From positions 8,122,001-8,186,000 of the forward strand of contig NC_058368.1 in the NCBI RefSeq assembly GCF_018350175.1: 64,000 bases of DNA, given 5' to 3'. This document shows, in pieces, positions 26,310 to 39,152 of the stretch (the first letter of the stretch is position 1; every line of letters starts with the position of its first letter). Source of the stretch: Felis catus (taxonomy: Eukaryota). A model generated the notes under the pieces. That model was not told the origin of the DNA. It made no database searches and saw only the letters and a program-made list of their open reading frames with translations. The translations under genes were made by a program, and so were the position numbers.

Positions 26310-27985
26310 GGTGTCTCTCTCTCTCTTTACTCCCCGCCTTGACAGACCCTAAAGATGGGCAGGTGACAGGAAACATGTAGGATGTGGAGCAGACTGGCTG
26401 GAGAGATATTTGTGGACCACCCTCTTGTGACAGTATTCTTAAAGAATTTGGAAAAGGTCAGACCTGCTGATCTAAAGAAGGATTAACATCGGCAAAGGGT
26501 TTTCCTTTCCTGCCGGTTTCTACTAATCTCAATCTCTATTAATTGAGATTTGGAGGGACGGCACATAGTAGTTTCTCAATAAAATACTTTTAAAAAGTTT
26601 ATTTATTTACTTTGAGAGAGAGAGGGAGAGCACGTGAGCACGAACTGGGCCAGGAGGGCAGAGAGGGGGAGAGAGGATCCCCAGCTATGGAGGGGTTCCA
26701 ACAGCCCATTGGGTGTCTCTTCCGGTCATCTTGCTAAATGTCTGCTAAAAGAGAACTATGAACAGACACAATTTTGCTCATTTAGCCTTACAAAAAAAAA
26801 AAAAAAAAAAAGGCCTTCATGCCCCAGGGGCCCAGGGCACAAATGGCAGAGAATAAAATAGCAAACACTAATGAACTGCTGCTGGTACACAGATGGAAAC
26901 ATATTTACGCCTAATGAACAAGGGCCCAGGACCTGGGTTCTATCGGAAATAGTAAGAGGACAAAACGGAACACGGACAGGACACGTGTGGGTAAGGAAAG
27001 GTAGGTTAATGACCACGTCTGGCTTTCTGAAGCTCTGCGAAAGCTCTGTGGACACACACACTCAGATCTTACGGTAAGCCGACGAGAGTCGGATGCACCA
27101 GGATATTAGCGGAACGGCGTCGGTGGGGGGATTTATGTGGGAATATTTGGCGCATTAAACTTCAGCCGCTGTCAACACACTCGTGCCGATTAAGATGCTC
27201 ATATGGAGTATTTATGTCACGCTGCATTTATGAAGCTCTCTGGTGACTCTTCTTACACGAAGGGGACCATGTTGAGCATGAGATACTGTGCTTTTTGCAC
27301 AGCTGGAAAATGCCACGGTCCCTCCCTGCACTAGATTCCGTGTTGCTGATACCATCGGGGTTTCTGGCCTTAGAAAGGCCCCTGCAGGGCACCTGGGGAT
27401 TCCCGGGGACGTCAACCGGTGCCCCACCTCGGGGAGTAGGAGAAAACGAGAATCTGACGCAGCGGAATAATCACTCCCGGGGCCTTTCCTGTTTATTTTC
27501 ATATTCCTCCTGCCCACCACCTAATAACTCATCGTCTTCCCTCCTCTCTGACACTTTTGATACAAAGTAGAACCAGCAGAAAGTAATAGAAAGTTACAGA
27601 TGAAACGGGCTGAGGGAAGGTTTGGGACATCAGCCCTCCACTAGGCGGAAAGGTCAAAGCAGCAGTCCAGAGGTGGGATGGCTGAGGGGGGCAGCTAATG
27701 ACGGTCCCAAGGGCTGAAAATGTGGCACAGGGAGCGTTGTCCACAGGTAAGGGAACAAGAGAGCTGGATGTACATTCTCAGAGGAGTGAGATTCGACCAA
27801 GGAAAGGCTCACCCATCTTCTGGAAGTCTTTGGCAAGAGACAAGCAAAAGGTTCTAGCAGTCATGTTACGTTGAAAGGCAGCCTCACCTGTTTGAGGACA
27901 TCTGTTCGTGAATTTAGTTGAAAAGCATTTCATCACAAGTGATCATTTGGAGATGGAAGGTAATATGATGCACTCCCCTTCCTCC

Positions 27986-27987
<2 letters not shown>

Positions 27988-28029
<42 letters not shown>
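27988..28029 (+). repeat. (CA)n microsatellite
   Basis: Read directly. Confidence 0.95.
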
Positions 28030-28033
<4 letters not shown>

Positions 28034-28227
28034 TATTCCTCACTGAGAATCTCTCCCCATAGGTCTAGCCCTCATTGCACACTGGCCTTTTGAGAAGGCA
28101 GAGGAAGACTGCTTTATGGAAGAAAGTAAATAATATCATTAAAAAAATTTCTAATGCCTATCATTTTACCATTATAGCTTCATTCCTTTGGATCTTTCAA
28201 GTTCCTATTTAAAATGTAAACACCCTT

Positions 28228-28460
28228 GGGGCGCCTGGGTGGCGCAGTCGGTTAAGCGTCCGACTTCAGCCAGGTCACGATCTCGCGGTCCGTGAGTTCG
28301 AGCCCCGCGTCGGGCTCTGTGCTGACGGCTCAGAGCCTGGAGCCTGTTTCGGATTCTGTGTCTCCCTCTCTCTGACCCTCCCCTGTTCATGCTCTGTCTC
28401 TCTCTGTCCCCAAAAAAAAATAAACGTTGAAAAAAAAAATTAAAAAATAAATAAATAAAA
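28228..28460 (+). mobile_element. CanSINE (young)
   Basis: TSD aaaatgtaaacaccctt. Confidence 0.95.
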
Positions 28461-28729
28461 TGTAAACACCCTTGGATCAGAATAGAGGGGTACTCTATAA
28501 GCCCATCGGCAAGTAATAAGTAGTTGGTTGTCGTACAAGTTGTCTTGGGAGTCTTTACCTCTGAGTTATTTGGATACCTCAGACACCCTGGCCTGGATCT
28601 GTATCTTCCGGAGCCCCAGGCCTGCCATGCTGGGACTGAGATTTCACTGAGCTGAACTTTCCCTTCTGGTTGGCTTAGGTTCTAAGACATGAGCCTGGCT
28701 GGAGAGTTACAGGGCCTCAGGCCCTAAAA

Positions 28730-29200
28730 CAAAATTAAAAAGCAAACAACATAGCGGGGAAATATTTGCACTTTGTGACAAAGGTTAATCGCTTTACTAT
28801 AAAAAGAGCTTTTGAAAATCAATAAAAGGTAAATACTACAATAGAACATCAGCAACAAAAACAAGCAAAGAGACCCAACAAAAAAAATGTGGAAACATTC
28901 ACAAGGGAAGAAATACAACATGATAGAAAAGCAAAGAAAAACGGTTCATATTTATAAGAAATCAAAGGAATGCAAAATAAAGTAACGAGAGAGCTTTCCA
29001 CTTAGCAACTTAGAAAAAGTTTTGTTTTGTTTTACTAGTGATAAAAGTCAGTATTGGCAGGGTTCAGGAAAATGTATCTTTTTTAGACTGTTGGTAGGAG
29101 TGTAGATTGGCATGGCCTTCTGGAGGGAAACGTGGATATTTATCAAGACCCAGCATTCCTCAGGAAATTGGTTAAATAGAATATGGTACATCCACATTTC
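28730..29200 (+). mobile_element. Old L1 (L1ME-like) fragment
   Basis: A-rich degenerate ORF2-end motifs. Confidence 0.6.
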
Positions 29201-29214
29201 ACCATTAAAAATTT

Positions 29215-29416
29215 TTTTTAAAACGTGTATTTATTATTGAGAGATAGAGCATGAGCATGGGAGGGGCAGAGAGACGAGGAGACACAGACTCTGAAGCACG
29301 CTCCAGGCTCTGAGCTGTCAGCACAGAGCCCGATGCGGGGCTTGAACCCACAAACCACAAGACCATGACCTGAGCCAAAGTCGGACGCTTAACTGACTGA
29401 GCCACCCAGGCGCCCC
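29215..29416 (-). mobile_element. CanSINE
   Basis: Reverse-complement body. Confidence 0.95.
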
Positions 29417-29447
29417 ACACATGTCACCATTTAAAATGATGTTAAAG

Positions 29448-29915
29448 AGGCACCTGGGTGGCTCAGTTGGTTAAGCGTCCAACTCTTCATTTCGCCTCAG
29501 GTAATGATCTCACAGTTGGTGAGTTCGAGCCCCGCATCGGGCTCCGTGCTGACAGCGCAGGGCCTACTTGGGATCGTCTCTCCTGCTGTCTCTCTCTGAA
29601 CCTCTCCTACTCCCGGGCATGCACTCTCTCTCTCTCTCTCTGTCTCTCTCAAAAAATAAATAAAGGGGTGCCTGGGTGGCGCAGTCGGTTAAGCGTCCGA
29701 CTTCAGCCAGGTCACGATCTCGCGGTCCGTGAGTTCGAGCCCCGCTTCGGGCTCTGGGCTGATGGCTCAGAGCCTGGAGCCTGTTTCCGATTCTGTGTCT
29801 CCCTCTCTCTCTGCCCCTCCCCCGTTCATGCTCTGTCTCTCTCTGTCCCAAAAAAAAAAATAAATAAACGTTGAAAAAAATAAATTAAATAAATAAATAA
29901 ATAAATAAATAAATG
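29448..29915 (+). mobile_element. Older CanSINE with a young CanSINE inserted in its A-tail (~29665)
   Basis: Two heads; (TAAA)n tail. Confidence 0.9.
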
Positions 29916-30119
29916 AACAATTTAATTTAAAAAATATAGGTGTGAAGAACCAGATTATTTGTGATATAATTATTAACTATAAAATTAAGTATATAGAATG
30001 TACTTACCAAATTTATATAAAATTATCACTATAATATAATGTAAATCTAAGTAATGTACATTATAATTATTCCATAATTCTACAACATTTTTAAGTTTGA
30101 AATGTAGCTTGTTTCCATG

Positions 30120-30612
30120 AATGAGAAGGATGTGGAGAAAAGGGACGCCTCGCGCACTGCTGGTGGGAGTGCCACTGTGGAAAACAGTATGGAAGGTTCC
30201 TCAAAAAATTAAACATAGAACTACCATATGGCCCAGTAATGGCACCACCGGCTACTTACCTAAAGAAAACAAAAACACGAATTTCAAAAGACACATGTAC
30301 CCCTTTATCTATTGAGGCCTTACTTGCAATAGCCAAGATACGGAAACAAGCCCCGTGTCCACCCAGAGATGAATGGATAAAGATGTGCTATGTGTATACG
30401 ATGGAATGTTACTCGGCCGTATAAAAGCCCGAGATCTTGTCACTGGCAACGACATGGATGAACCTGGAGGGTAGAACGCTGAGTGAAGTAAGTCAGAGAA
30501 AGCCACATACCAAATGATTTCCCTTGTCGGTGGAATCTAAAAAACAAAACAAGTGAATAAAGAAACCCAAAACAGAAACAGACCCGTAATACAGAGAACA
30601 AACTGATGGTCC
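30120..30612 (+). mobile_element. Carnivore L1 3' fragment
   Basis: ggatgtggagaaaaggga...gatgaatggataaagatgt...tgagtgaagtaagtcagagaaag. Confidence 0.9.
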
Positions 30613-30619
30613 CTAGATT

Positions 30620-30832
30620 CTTTTTTTTAATGTTTATTTGTTTTTGAGAGACAGAGAGACAGCGTGCAAGCGGGGGAGGGGCGGAGAGAGAGGGAGACAC
30701 AGAATCCGAAGCAGGCTCCAGGCTCCGAGCTGTCGGCACCGAGCCTGATGTGGGGCTTGAACTCACGAAACTGCAAGATGATGACTTGAGCCGAAGGTGG
30801 ACGCTTAACCGACTGAGCCACCCAGGCGCCCC
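30620..30832 (-). mobile_element. CanSINE
   Basis: Reverse-complement body. Confidence 0.95.
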
Positions 30833-31105
30833 AGGATTCTTTACGATAGAAAATTATTGTTTCAAATTTCTTTTGCTTCCATGAGTGTAGCTCCTCGGAA
30901 ATCTAACGTTAAGAATTTCTCTAGCAGTGGTTTGTTCTACAAATATCTATTAAACTCCCCCTATGAGCCAGACACTATTCTAAGGTGAGAGATACGGTAT
31001 GTAAGACAAAATTCTATTTTTTATGTCCCTTTTGGCAGGGAACATAGACAATATTTAAAGCATACATAAATAAGAAAATGATAATTTCATAAAGAAAATA
31101 AAATG

Positions 31106-31224
31106 GAGGGCGCCTGGGTGGCACGGTCGATTAAATGTCCGACTTCGGCCCAGGTCATAATCTTGTGGTTCGTGGTTCAAGCCCCATGCTGGGTTCCACA
31201 CAGCACGGAGCCCGCTTGGGATTC

Positions 31225-31256
<32 letters not shown>

Positions 31257-31280
31257 CCCCTCCCCCACTTGCACTCACTC
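31106..31280 (+). mobile_element. CanSINE, tail lost
   Basis: Head and (CT)n. Confidence 0.85.
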
Positions 31281-33329
31281 AACAGGTCAGAGAACAATGT
31301 TAGCTATGATGACCAATCTGAATTATATTTGAGTTGAGACCAGGGTGGGGAGAAGGACTGAGCCTTGTGAGAAGCATTACAGGCATGAGGGAGAATAAGT
31401 GCAAAGGTCCTGAGGTGGGTACGATACCGGAATGCTTAAGGAGCAGGGTTCAGTGTGGTAAGAATCCGTATGAAAGACAGCAAGCGGGTGGTAAGAAATG
31501 AGGTCAGAGAATTAGGCAGGGACGAAATCACAGTGACTCTTCGGCCAGGTAAGGAATTTTAATTTTAGTCCATGGCAATGGGAAGCCATTGGAGGACTTC
31601 AATTTGTTGACAGTTTGATAAGATGTATCTTTTAAAGACAAGAAATAAAGCACAAATGTTTGGTAATATACACGCTTTTATTTCATAAAGCAATTCTGTG
31701 GGGTAGGTGTTATTTCGTCTCATTATAGACCCACTACAGAGACTCAGAGAAGTTGTGCGACCGTATAGCTCGTAGGCGGCATGGTTGGGAGGGGAACCAG
31801 GGGCTCCTGCATCCCGGGTAATTCACTTGCAAGGAAAACAAACAGTAGTCTACAATTCATACATTACCCTCACCATATGACTGAATCAAACGGACACACG
31901 AACTCTCCTGGGGCCACCTCCCCTGGTACAGGCTTTTAAGGAAGTAACTAAGGAACTCAGTCTGTGTCACCCTATGTGATTGCACCACGACTGGAAAATC
32001 TGAGACCTGGGTTGCCACATCTGACACCTCCCCCAGTCGTTCCTCGGCTGGCCCGGCTCATCCCTCAGGCAGCTGCAGGCTGAGGAAACATCCCACCCAC
32101 TCGGTGGTCTCTGTTTTATCTCTGGGTCCCCAGAGTGCTGCTCTTGGTTAACTGGACAGTCCCTCAGCTGGGACGTGCCAGCCCGTGCTTGCATTTTCTC
32201 TGTTCAGTCCGGATAGCCTGCTGTAGGGCCCTTCACCCACGTAGCTGTCTGGGATCTGAATTTGGCCTTCTTAAACAAGCAGGCAGCTGATGAGATATCT
32301 AGAGCAGTTAAACTCCTACAAACAGAAAGTAGACTGATGTTGCCAGGGGCTGGGGGGAGGGGGGGAGTGAGGAGTTGTTGTTTACTAGGGACAGAGTTTT
32401 AGTTTCGCAAGATGAAATAATTCTGAAAATCTGTTGCCCAACAACGTGGATACACTTAATACTACTGAATCGTACGCTTAAAAATGACCAAGAGGGTCAT
32501 TTTGACCACAGTTTGGGGGGGAAAAAGCAGATAAGCAATGAGCCTGGTATGCTCATGGACTGCTGTGCCCTTCTCCTCTGAGCTGTTCGCTCAAAGACAG
32601 AGCTCTGCTTCCGAGTGGAGGCATGGGCTTTGGTAATGAGACTCCTCGGCCTCTCGTCCGGTGGCATGGCTGAGAGCCCACTACTCTGGAATCTCTCTGA
32701 GGACAAAGACCATTTCTTTACCCTACCCCATCGATGCCTTCATCCACACCAATCCCCAGCAGCCCTTCTTGTCAAAGTCACAATGCTTTTCACTTTTCCA
32801 AATCCACGGGCCACTTTCTTGCCCTTCTCTATCTTTGACACAGCCGACCTCCTTGAAACGCACTCTTCTCTTGGTTTCCGGACTACCCGGTTTCCTCCTG
32901 ATTCACTAAAGATTTTAGATTCTTTTGCTGTCTCTACCTCTTCTCAACAGTTAAACACCAGCATACTCCAGGCTCCGTCATTGACTTTCTCTCTTCTCTC
33001 AGCATTTTCTTTCTAGATCATCTCATCCAGCCTTCGATTTACATACAAGTCTCTGTGGACAACTCCCAAATTTGTGCATTCATTCGGCTTGGGCTTCCTC
33101 CCTAAGCTCTAAAATTATGCCTCCAGCTGCCTCCTCGACCACTCCACTTGGATGTCTATTACGTTCATGGAGAATTTTCAATTCATGGGGGGAGGGGTAT
33201 ACACATGAAGTCATTTTGTGTTTTCCTATGGCTACCCAATTATGCTGCTCTGGATGGTCAAGAATCTTGGGATAGTTCAGTCCAATTGTATAGTGCTGAG
33301 ATTATGAAAGCTGTCTCATTACAGATTTA

Positions 33330-33523
33330 ATTTTTTTTATTTTTTATTTTTAGAGAGAGAGCATGAGTCGGGGAGAGAGGCAGGGGGAGAGAGAGAATCT
33401 CAAGCTGGCTTCATGCTGATCAGCACAGAGCCCAATGTGGGACTCAGGGCCACGACCCTGGGATCATAACCCGAGCTGAAATCAAGAGTCAGACACTCAA
33501 CCGACCGAGCCACCCAGGTGCCC
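33330..33523 (-). mobile_element. CanSINE (older subfamily)
   Basis: aatcaagagtc motif; flanking ctcatt.cagattt duplication. Confidence 0.9.
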
Positions 33524-33827
33524 CTCATTCCAGATTTTAAAATCTCAGTACTGAGCGTACTTAAATATTATTTTGATGGCCAATTCTCTGTCTAGGACAG
33601 GAAGTGTGTACAAACACCAGAAACATCTTAGAACACCAGAAAATAAGGACTCAATCAAAGAATTCTGGAGCCATTCCCAAAAAATTCAGGAGCCAACTCG
33701 AAGAGTCTCCCTCTATCTAAAAGTGGAAACATTTGAGCAACAATATAAAAATAATAACTGCGGTGAATTAAATATATTAAAAGCGATTAACTATATAGTT
33801 CATAATGAAACTTAAAAAAAAAATCAC

Positions 33828-34020
33828 AGGGTGCCTGGGTGGCTCCGTTGGTTATTTGACTTCGGCTCAGTCATGATCTCGTGGTTTGTGAGTCTGAGTC
33901 CCGCATCGGTGAGCTCGAGCCTCGATTAGGTGAGCCTACTTCTCTCTCCCTCTCTCTGCTCCTCATGGGATTGCCTCTCTTCTCTGCCCCTCACTCGCTT
34001 ATTCTCTCTCTCTCAAAAAA
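33828..34020 (+). mobile_element. CanSINE (divergent)
   Basis: Head and (CT)n. Confidence 0.85.
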
Positions 34021-34114
34021 ATCTCAACTCATTTGTCCTATTTGGAAAATGCTGGGGAACCAAGACATCATTTTGACAACTTGTAAGCAGGGAGAAATAG
34101 TAAATTTTCATGTT

Positions 34115-34330
34115 TTTTTTTTTAATTTTTTTTAACGTTTATTTATTTTTGAGACAGAGAGAGACAGAGCATGAATGGCGGTCAGAGAGAGGGAGACACA
34201 GAATCTGAAACAGGCTCCAGGCTCTGAGCGGTCAGCCCAGAGCCCGACGCGGGGCCCGAACTCACGGACCGTGAGATCATGACCTGAGCCGAAGTCGGCC
34301 GCCCAACCAACTGAGCCACCCAGGCGCCCC
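34115..34330 (-). mobile_element. CanSINE
   Basis: TSD taaattttcatgttt. Confidence 0.95.
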
Positions 34331-34383
34331 TAAATTTTCATGTTTAAAATGAGGCTCAGGGTAACAAAGTAGTTGATGAGGAG

Positions 34384-34510
34384 AAAGAAAGAAAAGAAAA
34401 GAAGAGAAAGGAAAAGAAAAGAAAAGAAAAGAAAAGAGAAAAGAAAAGAAAAAGAAAAAAGAAAAGAAAAGAAAAGAAAAGAAAAGAAAAGAAAAGAAAA
34501 GAAAAGAAAG
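34384..34510 (+). repeat. (GAAAA)n simple repeat
   Basis: Read directly. Confidence 0.95.
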
Positions 34511-36277
34511 GAAAACCGGAAAATGGCAAGTGTGGGCAAGGGTACGGAGAAATCAGAATTCTTATGTACTGTTGGTGGGAATGTAAAATCGTGCAGTCAC
34601 TATGGAAGACTGTATGAAGATATTATGCTAAGAGAAATAAGATAGCCACAAACACACAAAGAGTATCTGGTTCCACTTCTAGGAGGTATCCAGGGTATTC
34701 AGATTTGTAGAGACGATTACTATTAGCTCAGGGGAGGGAGAAGGGGGGAGTTGTTTCATGGACATGGGGTTTCAGATTTGGACGATGAAAAAGTCTTGAA
34801 GGTTGGCCACATAACAATGCGAATGCCCTTAACGCCACTAAACTTTACACTTGAACATGGCTCAGATGGTAAACGTTATACGTATGCTTTTACTGCAAGA
34901 AAAAAAGATGGAGACCAGACAATGGGATATTACCTTCCTCCTGGGGAGGAACGTAGCATCACCTATGAAATAGTGTTCCCCCAAAATCAAAACCATTGAC
35001 ATTTGATCGGGCCGCTGGATCTCACTACCAGTTTACAGAAAATGCAGGGACAGAGGAACATGTTAAACAACGTCACATGGAAGCAATCAGCAAAATCCAG
35101 ACTGTGGGAAACTGCAGGAAAGCAACCGAGTTTCTTCAATAAATAAGTTGCAAGAGAAAACAGTAGGAGGAGGAAACCATAGATTAAGAGTCTTAGAAGA
35201 CATAAAAACCGGTTGCAATATATGGAATTATTTGGGTCCTGATTCAAACAAACCACACACACACACAAAAGTATGACATACTCAGGGAATATGTGATCAT
35301 ATTCAGCGATCTTCTGGCTGTTTTTAGGTCCTTATCTTCTGGAGACTCACACTAGAATATTTATGGGTGGAATGGTATAATAACTAAGATTTGCTTCATA
35401 AGAATTGGGGCTGGGAAAGTCGGAGGAAATTGATGCAATGTGCTTGGCTGTGAGTCATCATTACTGAGGCCGATTGGTAGAAGCCACTACACTCTTTTTG
35501 CTCTACCTTTTTGCCTCTTATCCTGCACAGTTCAACGTTCTCTTTATAGAATGTTCAGCAAAGGGGATGGGAGCACGGTCTGCAAAAACGGTCACTCTCC
35601 CTCGCCCAGTGACTTGGCCTACCCAGCCGACAAGAGGTGGGGTAGAGTGGGTGGCGGCACCTTCTCGTTGAGCTGTCCACATGAGAGCCGGTCTCCTCTC
35701 TCTGGACTGCCAGAGCCTCTCACCCACTCTGACTTGTGTGTGGCAGGGTCCGCATGCCGGGTGTCTCCCGCAGCATGTCCGGGGGTTCTGGATGAGTCTT
35801 CGGATGGCCATCTTTGCCGTGCAGTCCCCTGGCATGGAGGTCTGACCCCGCCTCCAGCTTCAGCTGGTCCCAACCTCAGGCCCCAGCACAGCTCCTCGGG
35901 TTGCCCCTGCCTGGAGGACACAACTCTGGGCGGGGTACTTGAATATAGCTCAAGCCCAGCCATATTCCGAGCTGTGTACAAAACGCATAGGAAAGCCATG
36001 TGTCCGTCTCTTCCACTACTCTTCCCACATCCGGGCGGCATCAGACAATGTCTGGCAACTTGTAGGTAACAGACAGAACTGAGGCTGGGATGGGGGTCGA
36101 GTTGGGCCCATTCACCCTTTACAACTGATTCCTTGGGGGCTTTTCTCCTTGACGAGAAGCTCCCATGGCCAGGCTGAGCCTGCAAGGTAAGTTCTACTAG
36201 CTCAAGTATTCCAAATAGGGAAAGGTCCGAATTTCGTGTGAAATATAGAATTGGCAACTGGAATAAGCTTGTTGATT

Positions 36278-36539
36278 TTTTTTAATGTTTCTGTGATGTT
36301 TGTTCATATTTGAGAGAGAGAGAGAGACACACAGTGCAAGCTGGGGAGGGGCAGAGAGAGGGGGAGACACAGAATCCGAAGCAGGCTCCAGGCTCCACAG
36401 AGCCGGACGTGGGGCTCGAACCCACGAACTGTGAGATCATGACCTGAGCCAAAGTCGAGCGCTTAACGACTAAGCCACCCAAGCGCCCCTAAGCTTGTTG
36501 ATTTTTTTAAATGACTCTGTGTTTTTGTTTTTCTTTTTT

Positions 36540-36585
<46 letters not shown>

Positions 36586-36990
36586 CACAAGTCAGGGAGA
36601 GGGGCAGAGAGGGAGAGAGAGAAAAAATCTTTTTTTTTTTTAAAATTTTTTTTTCAACGTTTTTTATTTTTGGGACAGAGAGAGACAGAGCATGAACGGG
36701 GGAGGGGCAGAGAGAGAGGGAGACACAGAATCGGAAACAGGCTCCAGGCTCCGAGCCATCAGCCCAGAGCCTGACGCGGGGCTCGAACTCACGGACCGCG
36801 AGATTGTGACCTGGCTGAAGTCGGATGCTTAACCGACTGCGCCACCCAGGCGCCCCGAGAGAGAAAATCTTAAGAAGGCTCCATGCTGAGTGTGGAGTCT
36901 AATGCGGGACTCAGTCTCACAACTCTGGGATCATGACCCAAGCCAAAATCAAGAGTCCAACGCTCAACTGACTGAGCCACCAGGCACCCC
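36278..36990 (-). mobile_element. Cluster of three CanSINEs (~36278-36489; ~36535-36990 with nested young copy ~36630-36856)
   Basis: TSD aagcttgttgattttt; nested TSD gagagagaaaa(a)tctt. Confidence 0.9.
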
Positions 36991-37062
36991 TAGAAGCTGA
37001 GTTCTTAATCTCCATGTACTACCTATAATAAAACACTAAAAACATTTACCCAGTTAGGAGAT

Positions 37063-37110
<48 letters not shown>
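37063..37110 (+). repeat. (GATA)n microsatellite
   Basis: Read directly. Confidence 0.95.
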
Positions 37111-37189
37111 TAGATATCATATAGGTAGATATAGATTATATGTATTTAATATTCAAGTTAAAATTCATTGACCGTCTGAGATACAGGGC

Positions 37190-38480
37190 TTGTGAAAAGT
37201 TTAATCTGTATAGTCATTAAATCCTTACATATTGAACACTGCTTCTAAATTATCATAGAAACTAGTTGCCAAAAAATGTTAATCTCAGCTGGACTGGAAG
37301 AGCATTTGGGAAATGTGCCAATGTTGTTTGTAGAGGTGTTCCATGTTGTAAGTCTACCGGAGACCCAGAGGGATCTGCCTTTGTGGAATTTGAAACAAAA
37401 GAACCAGAAGCAAAACCTATTGAGGTAAGCCCGGATTCTAAAAAGAGGAAAAAAATTAGCGTATGTTCTAAATAGTAAGAATCTTTTTGGTAACCGTTTC
37501 AGTTACTTAATCCACCATCAGAGGCACCAAGAAAACCTGATGTATCCCCGAAGCCAGTAAAAATAAACCCTTTCATGCCCTGAAAGTACCTAGTGAGTTA
37601 TTTACTTGACATTTAAGTAGATGTAGCTGGAGTAAAATGAAACTCGTGATGGCACTCTGGCAGGAGAAACGAAAAAGAAGAAGAAGAAAGCCTGAATGAA
37701 GGGGGATATGAATGAACGATGAATATGTTGGGGCCAGAGTTGGAAAAGGACACAAGCAGCCAGAGCTCCTGTAAAGACATCCTCAAAGCAAAAAGCAAAA
37801 ACAAAAATGGGAAGGAGTTCAAGTAGCCAGCTTACCTGAAGTCAGCATGGAAGGGGAAGAAGGGAAATACCTTTGCAGATGCAGAATGCCCCCTCCCAAT
37901 CAAAAATAAAGAAAATGGTCCAGAAAAACAACATTAAAAATTTTTTTCTTTATATTTATTTATTTTTGAGACAGAAAGAAACAGAGCATGGGCGGGGGAG
38001 GGGCCAAAAGAGAGAGGGAGGCACAGAATCCGAAGCAGGCTCCAGGCTCTGAGTCGCCAGCACAGAGCCCGACCCGGGGCTCGAACCCACGACCCGTGAG
38101 ATCATGACCTGTGCCGAAGTCGGACGCTTAACCAACCGAGCCACCCAGGTGCCCCCCAGAATAACAACATTTTAAAAAGAAGCTTCAGAAATGCCCCAGA
38201 GAAAATGAAGGTAGGACTACTTTCAGGTTAGGAATGGATTAAGTTACATTCCACTCATTACATAGCGACAAACGTTTTCGCCGGATTTTTAATTTCTCAA
38301 GATGTAGAAGTCTTTACTAAAGAGGAAACAGGATACCGGACACGTAAAACATGGATCCCTCTTACAAGCAAAAAGGAAGCATGAAGAAAAAAAAGGGACA
38401 CAAGGTCAAAAGAATAGGTTATACAATTAATAGTACCTTCAAAGGAAGCCTATGGTATAAATTCTATGCCTGGCAATTGA
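37190..38480 (+). pseudogene. LARP7: Partial, intron-containing LARP7 pseudogene fragment: end of intron 4, exons 5-8, start of intron 8
   Basis: Exon 37259-37424 reads [53 protein letters not shown], about 37/53 identical to recalled human RRM1 ([53 protein letters not shown]). Exon 37503-37592 reads LLNPPSEAPRKPDVSPKPVK. Exon 37664-38210 has the Lys run, SLPEV and KEASE. Exon 38302-38443 reads DVEVFTKEE..SLLQAKRKH..VIQLIVPSK. GT-AG introns of 78, 71 and 91 nt separate them. Stops, frameshifts, a SINE inside exon 7 and a dead exon 8 donor (ggaagc) show it is non-functional. Confidence 0.92.
37936..38156 (-). mobile_element. CanSINE inserted in LARP7 pseudo-exon 7
   Basis: TSD cagaa(a/t)aacaacatt at 37921-37935 and 38157-38171. 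Confidence 0.95.
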
Positions 38481-38509
38481 TATACACTCCAAGGTTAAAC
38501 TATGGTTCT

Positions 38510-39152
38510 TTTTAAAGTTTTTACTTAAATTCCAGTTAGTTAACATACAGTGTAATATTAGTTTCAGGTGTAAAATATACTGACTCAACACTTTCACACA
38601 TCACCCTGTGTTCATCACAAGTGCAACCCTTAATCCCCACCACCTATTTTAACCCATCCCCCATCTGGTAACCATCAGATTGTTTTCTATAAAGTTTTTT
38701 TTTTAACTTTTACTTATTTTTCAGAGACAGAGACAGAGCATGAATAAGGGAGGGGCAGAGAGAGGGGGAGACACAGAATCTGAAACAGGCTCCAGCTGCT
38801 GGCACAGAGCCCGACGCGGGGCTGGAACCCACCAACCACGAGATCGTGACCTGAGCCGAAGTCGGACGCCCAATCGACTGAGCCACCCAGGCGCCCCAAG
38901 ATTGTTCTCTACAGTTAAGAGTCAGCCTCCTGTTTTGCCTCTGTCTCTCTCTTTACCTTTGCTCATCTTTTTTTTTTTTAATTTCACATATGAGTGAAAT
39001 CATATGGAATTTGTCTTTCTCAGACTGACTTATTCCACTTAACAGTCTTACGTTGTTACAAATGGCAAGATTTCATTCTTTTTTATGGCTAATAATCCAT
39101 TATGTATATATATATATCAATCACATCTTTTTTTTTTTTTTCTTTCTCATAT
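38510..39152 (-). mobile_element. Carnivore L1 3' end, 5'-truncated at the telomeric repeat
   Basis: ttaacatacagtgtaatattagtttcaggtgta...aatggcaagatttcattcttttttatggct. Confidence 0.85.
38695..38897 (-). mobile_element. CanSINE nested in L1
   Basis: TSD-like agattgtt(t/c)tcta. Confidence 0.95.

Larger units (their letters stand above)
33540..35510 (+). mobile_element. L1MC/MD-type 3' region, interrupted by SINEs, (GAAAA)n and an L1MB-like piece
   Basis: agcatcacctatgaa...accagtttacagaaaatgcagggacagaggaacatgttaaac...aatcagcaaaatccagactgtgggaaa. Confidence 0.8.

Noticed and set aside
26525..26550. Small hairpin aatctcaat...attgagatt
   Set aside because: 9-bp stem, expected by chance; not miRNA-like.
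35440..36257. Overlapping 209-aa and 212-aa ORFs on opposite strands
   Set aside because: The plus ORF begins in an L1 3' end; no homology recognised; GC-rich open frames.
37259..38443. Functional LARP7 gene
   Set aside because: Stops, frameshifts, a SINE in an exon, a dead donor and missing flanking exons.
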